This document shows, one piece after another, positions 25,070-39,049 of a stretch of DNA of 64,000 nt. Position 1 is the first letter of the stretch; each line of letters begins with the position of its first letter. Under the pieces are notes generated by a model. That model worked only from the letters and a program-made list of their open reading frames with translations, had not been told where the DNA came from and did not search any database. Made by a program: the position numbers and the translations under genes. Location of the stretch: the NCBI GenBank assembly GCA_002633005.1, contig NMRA01000216.1, positions 592,441-656,440 on the forward strand. Direction: 5' to 3'. Source of the stretch: Phoronis australis. Taxonomy: Eukaryota > Animalia > Phoronida.

Positions 25070-27962
25070 GCGTTCATGAAAATAGCATCCGATCAGAAAT
25101 ACGTTTCTTTGTCTTTTGTCACACATTGGTCTCACCTGCCATTTGTCACCTATGGCATTTTTTGTAATTTAATTAGCTCATTTCCATGATTACAAGCACC
25201 AAAAGCTTTTATTCAATTGAAGATTGTTTCACACAACCCAAACTGACAAGAATACAATAAAATAAACGAGCAATGCAGAGTGTTGGTATGTACACACTAT
25301 CCATTTGCATTGCAAAGAGATAATCATCAACAGAGGGCGCAACACTAATGAACTTCATATAGCCTCCTGGGGGTGCAAAACATGTTAGCAGATGGCAGGT
25401 GTGTTCCTATTGAGGAAAGTATTGCTGACTTGTCTTGCATCCTACTTCTATTAGCATAAAAGTCTGGTGAACAACTCGAAAATGAGGTCATTTGGTCAGA
25501 ATTTTTACCGAACTAAGCACAAGCCAATTTGTATACAAATTTTCAAATCTCTCATTATCCATGATTTTTCTGAAACAAATCTTTATTTTGCTGAAACCTC
25601 TGATAGTCCATATCCTGTTTGGATAACCAGATCAAAGCATACCTCAATAGGAACACACCCGCTATCGTGACTCCTCGAGCAATTTGGAGGATAAGAAGGC
25701 GGATAATGAAAATTAAGAAATAATAAAAGGGCCATTAGCGGCACAGGTGATGCCATTTCCGTAACAGCAATTACACGAACATATTTCAAGTAACTTAGTA
25801 GATACTGTGACAAACGCAAAACTAAAATTGCCACTTGGAGACTCCACAGTTGTCAGATTTGTCCCCAAATCCTGGTGAGTTGTACTGTCCTCAATTGATA
25901 AAAACAAATACCAAATTTCATGAAGATCCACAACAGAACTTGGTGGAGATTGAGTTACATACAAATACATGGTCACATAAAAATCTATGCAGCAAGTTTT
26001 ATTCCACAAAAATTCCTTCAAGTTAGAATCCAAGTACCATAATCCTCCACTTAATAATTACAAAAATTGTCATTTTTCCCATCTTTCAAAGGCTGTTTAC
26101 CAAAACATTGTTTTATGACATCTAAATAGCGGCTGATAAATAAAATAAATTAAAAATTTCTTATTCTATGCTTTTGTGGAAAAAATTGACAAAATAAAAT
26201 TTAGCTTGTCCGCCATATTGTGTGTTAAATAAAAGAACTGTTAAATTTGCTGCACGTTACGTATCAAAAACAAAAGACAAGGAAGCATTCAACAAAGCCA
26301 GTACATTGCCAGTTAGCAAGATCTCATTCATAGTACATACGGTGCAGTAGAACTGATCAAGCACAACAACTAACTGAAAAGTTATTGGATGGCAAGTCAG
26401 CAAGTTGAATTATGGGAGTTACTGGTATGACAACACCAACAATCCTCACTATTTTAGTTACATAAAGCAAAATATCTTCCCTCAAGTACCTTGCAAATGA
26501 CTAAAATTACTGAATGCCTCCCAGGTAATCCGACACCACTATGCCCTCGATAATAAATACTGAAGAATATTGAATACCGATGTCTTCAAATGTTCCACTC
26601 AAAAATCTAGAACTAATTACAGTTGCATAACTTTGTACAGTGACAATTTGTACACTTCAACACTAAGAGTTATTAAAAAAGATCATTCCATTGGCTTTAA
26701 ACTTGCCTTTAGGGAATTTACCATGATAAAACTTCTTTTTTACTCAGATTTGAGATACGATCTGAGAGTTTTACTGCTCGAGTTCAGACTTATCAAGTTG
26801 CCTGAAACGTTATTTCATGCCTCAAGCATGGTCTCAAATTATCAGTTTGTCCCTTGTTTAGAAACCAATCCTCGTCTGAGTAAGAACAAGTCGATACCAA
26901 TTTTGACCAATAAGTTGTCTAAATCTAAAATTGGTTTCATAATTTGATGGTCAAAGGCAGGCTTGTATCTCATTTAACATTAATCAGACGAGTGCAACAA
27001 TCTACAACATTTGCAATAATCTCTTTAGATTCTGAAGTTTTTCAGAAACACTACACCATGCCTTTGCATCATTCACCCGTCTAGGTTTGACACACACAAC
27101 CCCTAACAGAGATTCCCCTTGCACATTGCTACCATAACACACACACAAATATTGCATATCAGATCAGATCAGATACAACCCTGAGACACCACATGAGCAA
27201 CAGCTGTGCAGTCTCTGAATAAATAATTAACATTATCAACGCATTAACAAAAAACAACACGAGACAGGAAAAATAAATATACCTTCACCCCATTGCCATA
27301 ACAAGAACGGTGGTAGTATCAAGAAGAAGTAAGTTAGTTTAATAAAAATGTTTAACTCTTAACTAAAACGTTTCATTTTCTTGGAAGTTGACAACTCTTC
27401 TAAATTCAGACAAGTTTTCTGGAACTGAAGCGGAGAACTTGTCATTTCAAACAGGAGTACAAAAACAGACAATAAAAAAACATTTTAAAACATTCCACAA
27501 CTATTTAATTGAAGACCAAAAGCTATGCTTCACATGCAAAAACATATAATCTGAGACTTCATCGCATATTGATAAAAGTTTCCAAAAGCAACTAGTAAAC
27601 AGAAACATGAAACAAATTTCACTCATGGCTCAGATCTTTAAACAGCGTCAACCAACTTAAACAGCACAAATCTCCCTGAGGAAATGTCCACTGTAATGTA
27701 CGAAACTAGACTGTCGTTGGTGAGGCTAACTTTACATTTTTGTAGTCTGTTTCAATCAGACAACATCACTACTTTAAAGGCCACTTTACACCCACAACGC
27801 TCAACTGCCCAGTAGTGTAGCCACGATTTGAACCCCTATTTTCATGATCACATGAGAGTCCACAGTTCAAACTACTGAACAACACTTCTGGCAACTGACA
27901 AAAAATCAACTTAACTTTGCAATGCAGCATCCAACACACATTTCCATTTAAGAATTACATCG

Positions 27963-28212
27963 ACTGTAAAATTTCACTAATTTCAGAAAACAATAATTGC
28001 CCAAATTCACATTTTTTCAATTTTCACGGTTTTAGCAGTGCTGTGAATGCCCACAGTTTTTCAAAATATTTTTTCAAGGTAGTTGTAGAACAGAGCTTGG
28101 AAATGGTATAGCATCTAAATTTGAAACTATTTAACTTTTATGAGAAATTAAAAATAAAAGCAATTTCCCTTATCCGCTATATTGTGTCCTAAATTGGGAG
28201 AAGCTTACAGTA
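27963..28212. mobile_element. MITE family B copy
   Basis: ACTGTAAAATTTCAC ... TATTGTGTCCTAAATTGGGAGAAGCTTACAGTA. Confidence 0.55.
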
Positions 28213-28487
28213 TTCAATGTACTACAAACATAATATTGTTTTCTGTTTGCAGATGGAATAAACAATGGGTAATGACACACCGTGTTCTTCCACTTTGGCT
28301 ACATAGAACAGTATTTCCTCCTTCCTGACTTTATGGAAATTTACTTGTTATATACGGTACTGTTAAGATGAACAGCTACTGTCAGACAGTGAATTTCAAC
28401 TTGTACTCAACCGTCACGCAGAGGGCACTCCAAGCCATTATAACGGATTCCTTTTGGAGTGTGCTGTACACGACCATGACACAATGG

Positions 28488-31400
28488 TTATGCATCATCT
28501 TCCTCCTCTTCTATGTCAGAGTTGACCAATCGCAGGAGACCTTGCACTTCCATATGGACGTCATGTCGTAGTGGATTTATCTGTACGATGTGCGTTGGCT
28601 TTGGGCGACACTGCAGAATAGCACCAATGATGATGAGGGTGGTGAACCCGCCACACATGATGAAGACAGATGTGTCTGGAAAGCAATTATGTACAGCTAT
28701 TACCAATCAGACAACAATAAAGCAATCAAGTCAAACAATGATTGGCTAAGAAAATGGTCCATTCAAGACCTTCGCCCTGCTCACGCTCATATATGGTCAA
28801 AACACAAGGTCAAAGGTAGTGTTTGGGTACAAGAAAAGTGAGATGCACAGATGCACATTTTTGACTTAAACCCTCACATCGATGGCAGATGGCGCTTTAA
28901 AGCCTAACTTCAACAGAATTTTGTTATTTTAGATGTATTAGGCTAACCATATAGTCCAAGCAAAGCCATTAAGTAAAATAAGAAAACCCGAGTTCAATCA
29001 CGCAAATGTAAGCCCACCAAATGATAGGTGAAGCTGCCTTTTGGTGCCATGTTGAGTCACCGCGCGATCCCAGCACAAACAACAAAAGGCCGATAACATT
29101 TATGTTGAATGGGGGTTATAGCGTGTGGGTGTTATTCGCAGCTGTTTGAATTAGAAGGTGATTCTCATGGTGACGTACACAATGAAAGCAAGCCAATACA
29201 CCTAATAGTCCGTTACATTTGGCAATTAATGGCACTAGTGGGCTCAGAGCGACGCTCTTAACATACTGTAGGAACCAAATTTTTGGGTGTTACTGTTTAA
29301 GGTAGGCTTTAAAGTCACCAATAAACTGGATGTCGACAAACTATCATGCTTATAGTATGATAACTCTCCAAATATTTCGCGCAAAAATAATTGACAAAAT
29401 CCTCATTATTTTATATTTCAAAGTTTGATTAACTTGCCGCAAATAATCAAAGCTTCAGTTTAATCACCAAATTTTGCTTTGCAACATCTACACAGTACAA
29501 ACCATGAATGCAATAACCAACAATTTTCTTAATCTTAATTTTTGTGGAGATTTTTTTAAAATAGAATTTCACTTGACGGCCATATTATAAGCAATAGTCG
29601 AATATAACATGCCTGTATTTTGAGAACCAGTTTGATGTCGATATTCAGTGGAGAAAACTGGTTCTCAAAATGCGAGCACGTTATATCCGACCATTACTTA
29701 GGTAGTGTGTAGAAGTGAAAAATTACTGCAACCCTTATAATTAAGTTCCACTGAACTTACATGTACTAATAAGTAACGTGATTGACTTCATTGAGGACGT
29801 GGGCAGTGCACTGTTCTCCCTCAGTAAGTGTTTCACATTATCCAGGGAACCATTATTGGCTGCTGGTTTCAGATCAAGTATATGGCACATTAAAGGGTAG
29901 ATGTCTACATTGTTAAATGGTTCAGCAATGATTCCCTTCTTAAACGCAGGCCCCCTCGCCAGGAAGAACGGATGCATATCGCTGAACTCGTTACTCCAGC
30001 CGTGGTCACCTGCAAATGACAAATTTATGTAGTTCCTGTAAACTTCAAAAATCATTAACATACATTAGGTGGAGTAAAGTTCAAATCAATTTTGATTCCA
30101 TAGGATTTTGCTTCGGATCAAAACTCTTTCATCATTTTCAAAAACCCGTTAAAGGGATGAAAGTTTTGTTTGACGCAATTTGTTTCCTGTTACAAATACA
30201 TTTTAACAGTTAAGTTATTGACAAGTTAAATCCATGCTCAAATCGTTGAACCACGGTTCCTTGCATAAAAAGAAGCCTTAGTACACAAAGAGGTAATTAA
30301 AAATCAAAATGAATGGATAGTTTATTAACTTGATAAACCAATTAATTGACCTTGCACTTCCTAAATGTTTTTTGGAGTCTCCAGTAGTATTGCATGGTAA
30401 ATTTCCCATCTCCAAAACTGCGTTGTTTGTTTGCCATTCCTGTGCAAACAGAGCACATGATGGTTTATGCGCCTAATTTCACAGCAAGAAGTAACCTACA
30501 GGAAGAGGGGACGCAGAGACCAAATTTGAAATCTAATTGTTGTGCTTAGGTGCGAGTCCATTTTTGAGACTTCCTTTATTGCAGAAAATATTTCAAAACA
30601 TAAGTGACATGAATACCATAGTTACAGAATACAATATCGGCCAACAAGCAGTTGTTTAATTGTGTTTTGAATCATGTTGTTGGATATCATAAACATGCTG
30701 GAGTCAAGTGAGGAGTGTTTATCTCTTGGTGATGGAATGGAATAGGAAGTAGCTAATAGCCACTTCCTGGAATACCACAGCGCCCTCTTTGGTAGTGCAG
30801 TAATTACCCACAATGTTGACCATCTGCAGGGCACCAACCCGCAGTTACACTCTGCTGCACTGCTAATCAATAATTTACATTTGGTAAAATGTCTCCAACT
30901 TCGGACAAAATTAATCGTCAAAATTGGCCTTTCTCATTTTCAGGGGGCTTCTAACATTGCAACAGTTGTGAAAGGACAGTTTTTCAAAAATTTTTGATCG
31001 TACAAAACTTGAACACAGAATTGATGCTGCAAATGTTGGATTAAAAAACAATGAAATAAAATTTCACTCGTCAGACATATTGTGTCCTAAACAGGTGAGA
31101 TTTTACCATAAGATTAGCTTGCTTTGTTATTTGTCATACTGCTGCATAGTAATAGCGCAAATGAATGATAAACCATTTTCCACTTGTCCAACTCGGCTCA
31201 AACGTGTACGTGCCACTGGCCCTATCTTTTGAAAGTTAGGTCAATTGTGCAATGAGTTTTTCTATCTTTGCAAAAAGACAGTTGAGTCTGGGATGTTAGG
31301 ATTAACTGTTATTTGAATTGTTTTACATCACTCTAAGGTCTTAGTTGTGAACAAATGTTTCTTATCTTCTCACAGTTTGAGAAATACTCAGCATTACTTT

Positions 31401-34400
31401 TAAAATGCATGAGAGGGTACCATATTGAAAAGATTCACAAGACAGGCGTAATTGCGCAGATGCTTAATGAAGATTATCATTGATACAGTTGAGATGAGTC
31501 TTTCCAGAATTTTCAATATAATTTTTCACGTCAGTTGTAAATGCTGGTAGTGACTGACCATTAGACATGGTGGTACAGTTAATGCCTACTCATCTCCAAC
31601 ATGGATATGAGGGTTACTCCCTCCCGCACGATAAACCAACTGAAGAAATAGATTACAAAACTGATAACTATGTGGAAAGAAAGCAAAACTTGTCAATTAC
31701 ACAATGCATGTATTGCTATACTCTGGTCTTGCGCTGTAGACAACCGAAAAATATAACGGGTGCTTGAATGAGTGTCCATTAGGTTATGAAGGATCCTATC
31801 TAGAATCATCCCAAATTTTGCTACATTCGCAACACCTTATTTCAGAACTGAGAGATCGGAATCAAATAAAACTTTCAGATACTATGCTTTATGCACTATT
31901 TTCCACAACATCAATATGAATTGCTTTTAAAATGTCCCACTTTTGTATGAGAAGCTATAAAAACTGGACCAAAACTCTGAAGTTACACAAAACGAAAAAG
32001 AAATGATAATTTAGATAACTGTAACAGCATTTCTGACATTTATCTTGTACATTTATATTAAAACAGAATGAATCTGGTTATGTTATTAATAGTATTTGCT
32101 ATTGATGTACATTCCTTTCTTTGCTAAATTTTAGTAAAAAAGACACATTCATGTGAACCAAATAATGGAAGATTGATAAGAAGTCAAAAACTAAAATCCT
32201 ACAAACTTTCTACTTTCACATAATGTGTAGTTTTAACAAATTAAAATCTATATTTTTGTAGACACTAAATACGCAAACTTGTTGAAAATGTCCAAAACAC
32301 AGCTGAGTATTAAACAAATTCTGCAGCGCTTGCAAAAACTATTCTTAACCACAATTTTAGTCGACACATCTCAAATAATAAAAAATAATCTGTACTTTTA
32401 GCATTACAGAAAAATAAACACTTTACAATAACCATATAAAAACGAAAATTTTCCTGGCAGTCTTAAAACATTGGCAACTGATATCGCATCCAAACCTCCA
32501 GGGGTCTGTTTCAGGAAAAGTAACTTAAGACTTAAGAGAAAAATTTGGCCTTATGTTCCACACAACTAAAAATCAAATTGTACTTGAGCAAAAGTGCAAA
32601 GTCTCTTTGTATATACACATAACTCCTAGTTAATGAGATAATTTCTAATATAATTTATTTCTACACTGTGATGCACTCATAAATACTCGACTAAATATTT
32701 ACTTAAAAAATTGTGAATTGGGAGCACAACACCAAATTTCTGTCTAAAGTCTTTTAAGTCACTTTCATGAAACGGGAAACCAGGGACATATCATAACAAC
32801 TATACCTACCTCTCTCCAAATAAGACTTCTTGTTGTAAACTACCTGCCAACCCAGGTCAGCCATGATAAAGATTGGAGCCACCCTTCTACTGTTCTTGTA
32901 ATGGAACTTGTCTGGAATGTCTTCCTTGTAGTATACATTGATATGGGGAACCTTTTTGAGCAGTTTGTACACAAGCTCCTTCTGACCTGCAATGAAGAGA
33001 GGAGAAAATATAACTAACATTTGGAATGTATAATACAGACTCAATTAAAAAAATTTTTACTCAACGAAAATGGGTTCTACTATTTTCTTATGACTTGGAA
33101 TGTTAGTCACAGTGACAGCCATTTATGGCATATCTCGTTCAAGCAGAGCACCCAGCTTTCATCAAAGCAGTTCAGACAGCCCCAAGTCAGATGGAGAGAT
33201 GACATCGAGAAGACAAGAGGCACAACGTAGATGAGAGCGGCAAGAGACAGAACAAATTGGAAGGCATTGTCGGAGGGCTACATCCTGCAGTGGATGGACA
33301 ATGCCTAGAGTCAGAGTCAGAGTCAGTTCACTAAACGTGCTAAGTCATCATGACCACCTCTGAGATGGAACTTGATATTATTTTGGACATTTTCCATACA
33401 CTTCATTACAAACTCAAAATAAATATAGACATTCAGTGCTCAAAAACATTATGGTTTACGCAGATAAGAACCTAGCACACATTTGTACTTGATGAACCCT
33501 AGATTCATGCTTCAACCTTGAGATTGCGCTTATAGCTTTAATGCTCTGGCCATCAAGTGCAAACAAGAAATACCAGACATTTGTCCAAGTAAAGTAAATC
33601 AATACGTACTCGAGCACAGTATAATACACTTACTCGAGTTCACACAAAAGTAGAACAGAAAATGTCAAACATGATTTCAAGTTTGATTATGAGTATAAAA
33701 ATTAGACTGTAGGCCATGGAATTTACTTCATCAAAAGGGACTTACTTGAGTGCAAGTCAGAAATTCCATCTTATCCGCCGCACAATTGTATTTGAAAAAT
33801 AACTGAATCTCACTTCAGCAAAGTACGAGCCTATGCGAATATACCCATAACGGCTAGTTCATTCCGGCACCAGTACCGTTGGATATGAAGTCCCGTCCAC
33901 ACACAGCCAACCCGAGGACAACTTGCACTAATGGCAACTTACCCCACATTTGAGTGGAGCGTCCACACACATATATCTGTGTAAGGTGCAAGCTGTTGCT
34001 CTAAGCGTGACAATAAACACCTAATGCGACTACGGCACGCAAAAGAAAACCTCCCTGTATTTTTCAGAAGCTAATAATTATCTCCGCCCTACCCCACTTT
34101 TTGCAGCCACACAGCGATTACAAGTGGCGTAAGTTACTCTAGACCAAGTTACCACCTCAGTAATGTGGAGTAAGTTGTCACAAGTGGGCTAAGTTGCGCT
34201 ACTATAGCATCCACACAGCACTCAAACCCATAGCCGCAACTCTTCCAGGAGTAACTTGTTCTAGAGTAAGTCTGTGTCCGCCTGGCACTAAGTTCATCTA
34301 ATCCCCTACGTAGCCCAGCTTTACAAAGAGAATGTACAATTTGACCCCTAGGCACTATATGCCTATACTTCACTAGCTTAGTAATTGTATTCTGTTGACT

Positions 34401-37400
34401 AACCTCAAATAAAACTAGTAATTTAACCTGATGGTTTAATGTAATGGGCACAATTTTTCACTATAAAATCGTGGTCATATTTTTTGGCTCGTGGAGAAAA
34501 ATGATGCAAAACCATACCTCACACGATTTTTTGATTCTTTCACGTTAATTTACAGGCAATGGTGAGAGCATTGGTAGACAGAAAATAGTCCTTAAATATA
34601 TTCATCTTAGCAGAAACCAATTACCATACAAATCCAGATAAGCCAAGGACAGTTGACAACAGTTAGTAATGACTTTCTGCTCCTGAATGTGTAATAAGGT
34701 TTGGGTAACTTGCCTTGAAAGCTATGGGTGTTGAGAGGAGCAAATAAAATCAGATGATTGTTAGTGTAAATTGGTACTAAACTGTGATATGCTAACAATA
34801 GTGTGAACTTTTCACATTGGTGCTCTCTAGAGTAATGAGAGCGCGATAACCATTTCCGCTTGATCTCAACTTAGATTTGTTGGACAAAAATTCACAGTGG
34901 TCCATTAATCTAAAAACAGAGGAATAAATCCCACAGTCAGTCCCCGCAATGTTTAATATAGCTTAAGTTCACTAATTTATTATTGCGCTACCACATCAGC
35001 TGGGATCAAAATTCTCACGCTTTATCAGTCGCAACCTTCACTTCACAAGGCGCAGAATCTTCTTCACAGTGGGATATGTACGGAACGTGATGTCCGTCAT
35101 CAATGGATATTTCAAGAGTTTTGGCTTTTTCTTTAAGTCATTAGTACACCCCACCACACAGCAGTGGAAATTTGCTGGCTTTATAATAAAAGGAAAGGCA
35201 TTAAAATGCTGTTCATACCAGAAGATTGAAATATCCAGTCTGCATTACACGGGATCAATAGGCAGTGCTGAGTGCCTGTCCACCAAAGATCTGATGGCCA
35301 TCAGGTGTGACATTGAATTTCAATATAGTGCATGCAGCTATTACAAGTCAAAATCTTTATTTGATTAGAGCAGGAATATAACACAAAATTTCTGGCTTAA
35401 ATTAAGTGTCACTTATCATAAAACAGACCTTGGTTGAAAGTTTTTAATTTTGTTGTAAGACGTTTTAAGACAACTGCAACAAAAAACAAAATCTAGGGAA
35501 AATCAAAGAGATTCAACAGTGCTCAATTCTGAACACAAACATCACTTTGTATGTCAGTAAAGTCCTTCACTATGATGATACATATGTAGCATACGATAAT
35601 GAAGGGAAATTCAATATGGATTATGAATGTAGTCATCAGACACAGACAACAGGCTCTCTGCAACAGCTGTGAATTACATTCTCAGTTGGCAGTCAATGAA
35701 TGGCCATTGTTCTATAGTTCTCTATAGGCACACAGGTCTCCTGACACAAAAGGCTTCTGAATTTGCTGGCTACATGATCTGTGCACTTGTACAATTAATA
35801 AGAAATAACATACACTGAACTACAGCGTTTATTAAAATGTCCTAGCAGTTTTTCCCACACTGGTCCAAATGAATTTTTTTTTACAAACAACTTTGACTTT
35901 AATTTTTCAAGCTTCAAGCTTACTCAGCATATGTTCCAGAATGGCAAGAGTCTGACCACCGAACATTAGAAACTCGGTCCATCTCACAACACTTTGTACT
36001 TCATTTAATTGTACATTTTTCTCTGTCAAGAGGCCCAACAGGAAATCAGATTTTAAGCTGTGTAAGGGGTTTTCCCTCGCTAGTCGCCAGTGCTATTGGT
36101 TTCTGATTCACCCTAATTAGTGGCTCGCCAGTTGCGCCATTATTTCCAACAGCGCCACTTACTCAGTTATAACTTTTATGACTGCCTTATTCACAATGAG
36201 AATTTCAACCTTTAAATCAGTTTTAAAAATTACAACCCCTTTGGTGTGAACAGGGTATAAGGTCGTATTGTGTGAAATTAGGAGAATTATTACAGTAGCT
36301 ATGTCCTCACCGCAATAAAACATTGGCTACAATAACTAGATATATCGTGGACTAAAGCTAGTGATTTTTCGAACGGCTTAGCTTCTGAAATTGAATTCGT
36401 TATAAAAAATTTAGTTAGGAACATTTTTCCCAAAGAAATATGATAAAAATTAGTCAAAAGAGAAATGCATGACTTAAGTTCTCTGGTACACATTGATGAA
36501 TGTTTATAGTACTGCAACTCTTTGGAAGGTGTGATGGCAGATCGACTAAACGAGCACAGGGAGGCTCATCAATGGATTCGATTGATACCTGGATCTAGCC
36601 TTCTTTGCAGTTGAAACCAAAGGGAAGGTTTTTCTAATGAATCAGTTTGACCATACTCTTTACCATACAAGGATGTCATGCACTCATGCAAGTTGAACTG
36701 ATTGCTGAGCTGCTTTGACTCTTCCTTGCATTTAAGCGGACAGCTGACATGGAACAAGACGATTGTAAGTTTGCCTTATATCAATTGCATTTACACAGAC
36801 ATTTGTATAAAGTATTTTTTGCAAGATGTGTTGGGACAAATGTATGTTAATTATAGCTCATATCCAGTTAAGAAATAAGGGTCAACACAATGATTGTATC
36901 ATCTTTATAACTTTGTGCTGTTTCAACAAACGAAATGGACAGGTGGAAGGCTGTTATTTCCATCAAATAACATGAAACACAACTGAAGGATCCGATTGTC
37001 TGACACAACATTGGGGTAAAAAAATAAAGACAATACAGCAGTCAGGGACTGGATAAGAGTGACTGTCCAATGCAATTTCATATTATTTTTCTAATTAACT
37101 ATGTTTAAGTGCCTGAAATCTCAAAAATTAAAGTTAATATAACAACACCATAACAAAACTCAAAACAGTAGAAAACTTTAAAGTAATTTAATTACCGTAA
37201 GATAGGAATATAACCCAGTGTTAAACAATGCCTAAAATTTGATTTCTTAATAAACAAAAGCTAAATGCCTAAAATAAATAAACAATGGTTTAATATTAAT
37301 CACGGAACAAGAAGGGGGTGCAGCCAGGGACCCAGGGGTCCGTTCCAACAAACCTTAAATTTTAGTAAATTTTAAAATAAAAGTTAGATTTGTCTCAAAA

Positions 37401-38619
37401 CCAATTAAAGAACGAGATCCTAAGTTTGACTTAAGTGTATGACCTAAATTTTGTCTTAATTTTGACTAACTTTCCAAGTGTGGAAGTTTAAAAGTTTGGA
37501 AGTTAAGACAAATCTTAGACTTAAGTCAAAAATGAACTTAAGTCAGTTTCTTGGAACAGGTCCCAGATCTCTCTACAAGGTCACCTTTATATTACTTAGG
37601 AATCTCAAGAACCAACTATGTTCATCTTTTGTTGCACCCTTGGACAAATCCTGAATTTGTTGAACAACAGCCCATAAAACTCTTTCTTATAGCAGTTAAA
37701 AAGGTAAAAAAGCTTTGCTGGAATAGCTTTAAAAGATTTCTATGAGTGATACGTTACCTTTTTTCGGCCATATATTTTTGAATGGTGTCCCATCAGTAGT
37801 GAAATATAAAGCTGGCGAAACATAGTCATCCAGGTAGACTGTATTATTCTCTCCGTATCCCTCCATACCATGGTCACTAGTCACTATCAGGTTAACTTTG
37901 TCAAGCAAACCAAACTTTTCCAGCTCATCCAAAAGATATCCCATATATTTATCGCATTCAATAATTGTCGCTTTCATCTGAGGTGAGTCTGGACCCCACC
38001 TGTGTCCTGTGCTATCTGGCTCGTGATAGTATAACAAACCAAGATTAATATTTTTCTGAGTGAACCACGACGTCACTGTATCGGCACGGTCGTGGAATGG
38101 AACGGAACCATTGTAGTGTTCATAAAACGTCGGATGCACACCTCCAATGGGTTTCTCACAGTCACTGCCTATCCAGAAATATGATCCCGATTTGTGACGT
38201 TTTGCCTGCAACTGGTTGGTCACCCATATCGGTTCTCCACTAAACCAATCACAGTCATGAGCAAGTTCATGTGGACTAAAGGTCTTATTCCATACAGGGT
38301 CATACATAGCGTTGTTGACAACACCATGAGACTCTTCGTACAAACCAGACACTATGGAATAATGATTAGGGAATGTCTTGGTAACAAATGCATTCTTAAT
38401 CCATTTTGCTCTCACTCCATTTTTATAAACTCGGCCAAAATTCGGAGTTGGAACCTTATCAAGGTAGTCCCACCTGAAGCCATCAAACGAAACAATCAAC
38501 AGTTTTGGATGATTGCAGTTTAATGCTCCTAAACTTCCTCTATCAATCACACTATTCAAACAACTTGGTAAGAGGCACACAAAGGATACACAGACATATT
38601 TCCACATAATTTCATACAT
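28488..38619 (-). CDS. ENPP5: Ectonucleotide pyrophosphatase/phosphodiesterase, ENPP4/ENPP5-like, type I membrane protein; 4 coding exons, ~491 aa
   Basis: Exons 38619-37758, 32986-32810, 30009-29761 and 28675-28488; total 1476 nt. Signal-peptide-like N-terminus, LLIVSFDGFRWDY, catalytic TKTFPNH, HEPDSTGH, SDHGM, GDHGW, then a C-terminal hydrophobic segment and a short acidic tail. ENPP4 versus ENPP5 cannot be resolved by eye; it is likely a co-ortholog of both. Confidence 0.9.
29588..29700. repeat. ~113-bp palindromic element, related to 5845-5954
   Basis: TAAGCAATAGTCGAATATAACATGC..TTTTGAGAACCAGTTT / AAACTGGTTCTCAAAA..GCACGTTATATCCGACCATTACTTA; TA at both ends. Confidence 0.8.
30880..31110. 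mobile_element. MITE family B copy
   Basis: TGGTAAAATGTCTCC ... CATATTGTGTCCTAAACAGGTGAGATTTTACCATA. Confidence 0.55.
31779..32348. mobile_element. TTAA/Kolobok-type MITE, degenerate right end
   Basis: Starts TTAGGTTATGAAGGATCC; interior (ATGCTTTATGCAC, AAGTCAAAAACTAAAATCCTAC) is the reverse complement of the family sequence. The right boundary is approximate. Confidence 0.5.
33168..33330 (+). mobile_element. 5'-truncated RTE-clade LINE 3' end
   Basis: Translates as RQPQVRWRDDIEKTRGTT*MRAARDRTNWKALSEGYILQWMDNA*, matching the RTE C-terminal pattern. It is followed by an (AGTCAG)3 tail and flanked by a CAGTTCA direct repeat. Confidence 0.75.
37333..37566. mobile_element. PIF/Harbinger-type MITE
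   Basis: CAG-GGGTCCGTTCCAACAAAC ... GTTTCTTGGAACAGGTCC-CAG, a 3-bp CAG duplication; internal ACTTAAGT palindromes; a related end lies near 32498. Confidence 0.55.
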
Positions 38620-39049
38620 AGTTATGGAAAATTCAGTTACTTTTTGTCCACTGAACAACACGCATTTAATTGAGAGCCCTTGGGATTTTCTTCTCACAAA
38701 CATGAAAAGTCCAGGAAAAACACATTTGTTGCTGGCGAATATCACAGCAAATATGATTCAGCCATGGCTCCAGTCAACAACGTCCAGGTCACAGTAACTA
38801 CTTTATGATGAAATAACTGATGACCTCGAGTCCTAGAAGTCAGACGAGACTTCAAGCATGGACTACAATCTAGGGTTGAACTAAGCAAATGTTTTCAGCT
38901 GCCTATTGGCACTCACACCACTAGAGTCATTATACAGCAAGCTCACAAAACCCAGCTATAACCAGAGAACGACAGCTGACAACCAAGTAAATGAAAATGT
39001 TTACAAACGCAGGATTCATGAACACTCAATTTCAGTCAATATAACCAAG

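Noticed and set aside
22496-28487. Hidden gene between the convergent SPRY and ENPP 3' ends (ORFs of 60-125 aa)
   Set aside because: No recognisable motifs and no consistent exon chain; the region looks like 3' UTRs plus repeats.
33780-34400. Relatively GC/CpG-richer block in an ENPP intron with a 100-aa ORF
   Set aside because: Probably a repeat fragment, but I could not define termini, a target duplication or any protein similarity.
38620-38745. N-terminal 42-aa extension of the 338-aa ENPP ORF
   Set aside because: It starts at a non-ATG codon and crosses a splice acceptor at 38651-38652; the signal-peptide-like sequence begins at Met 38619.
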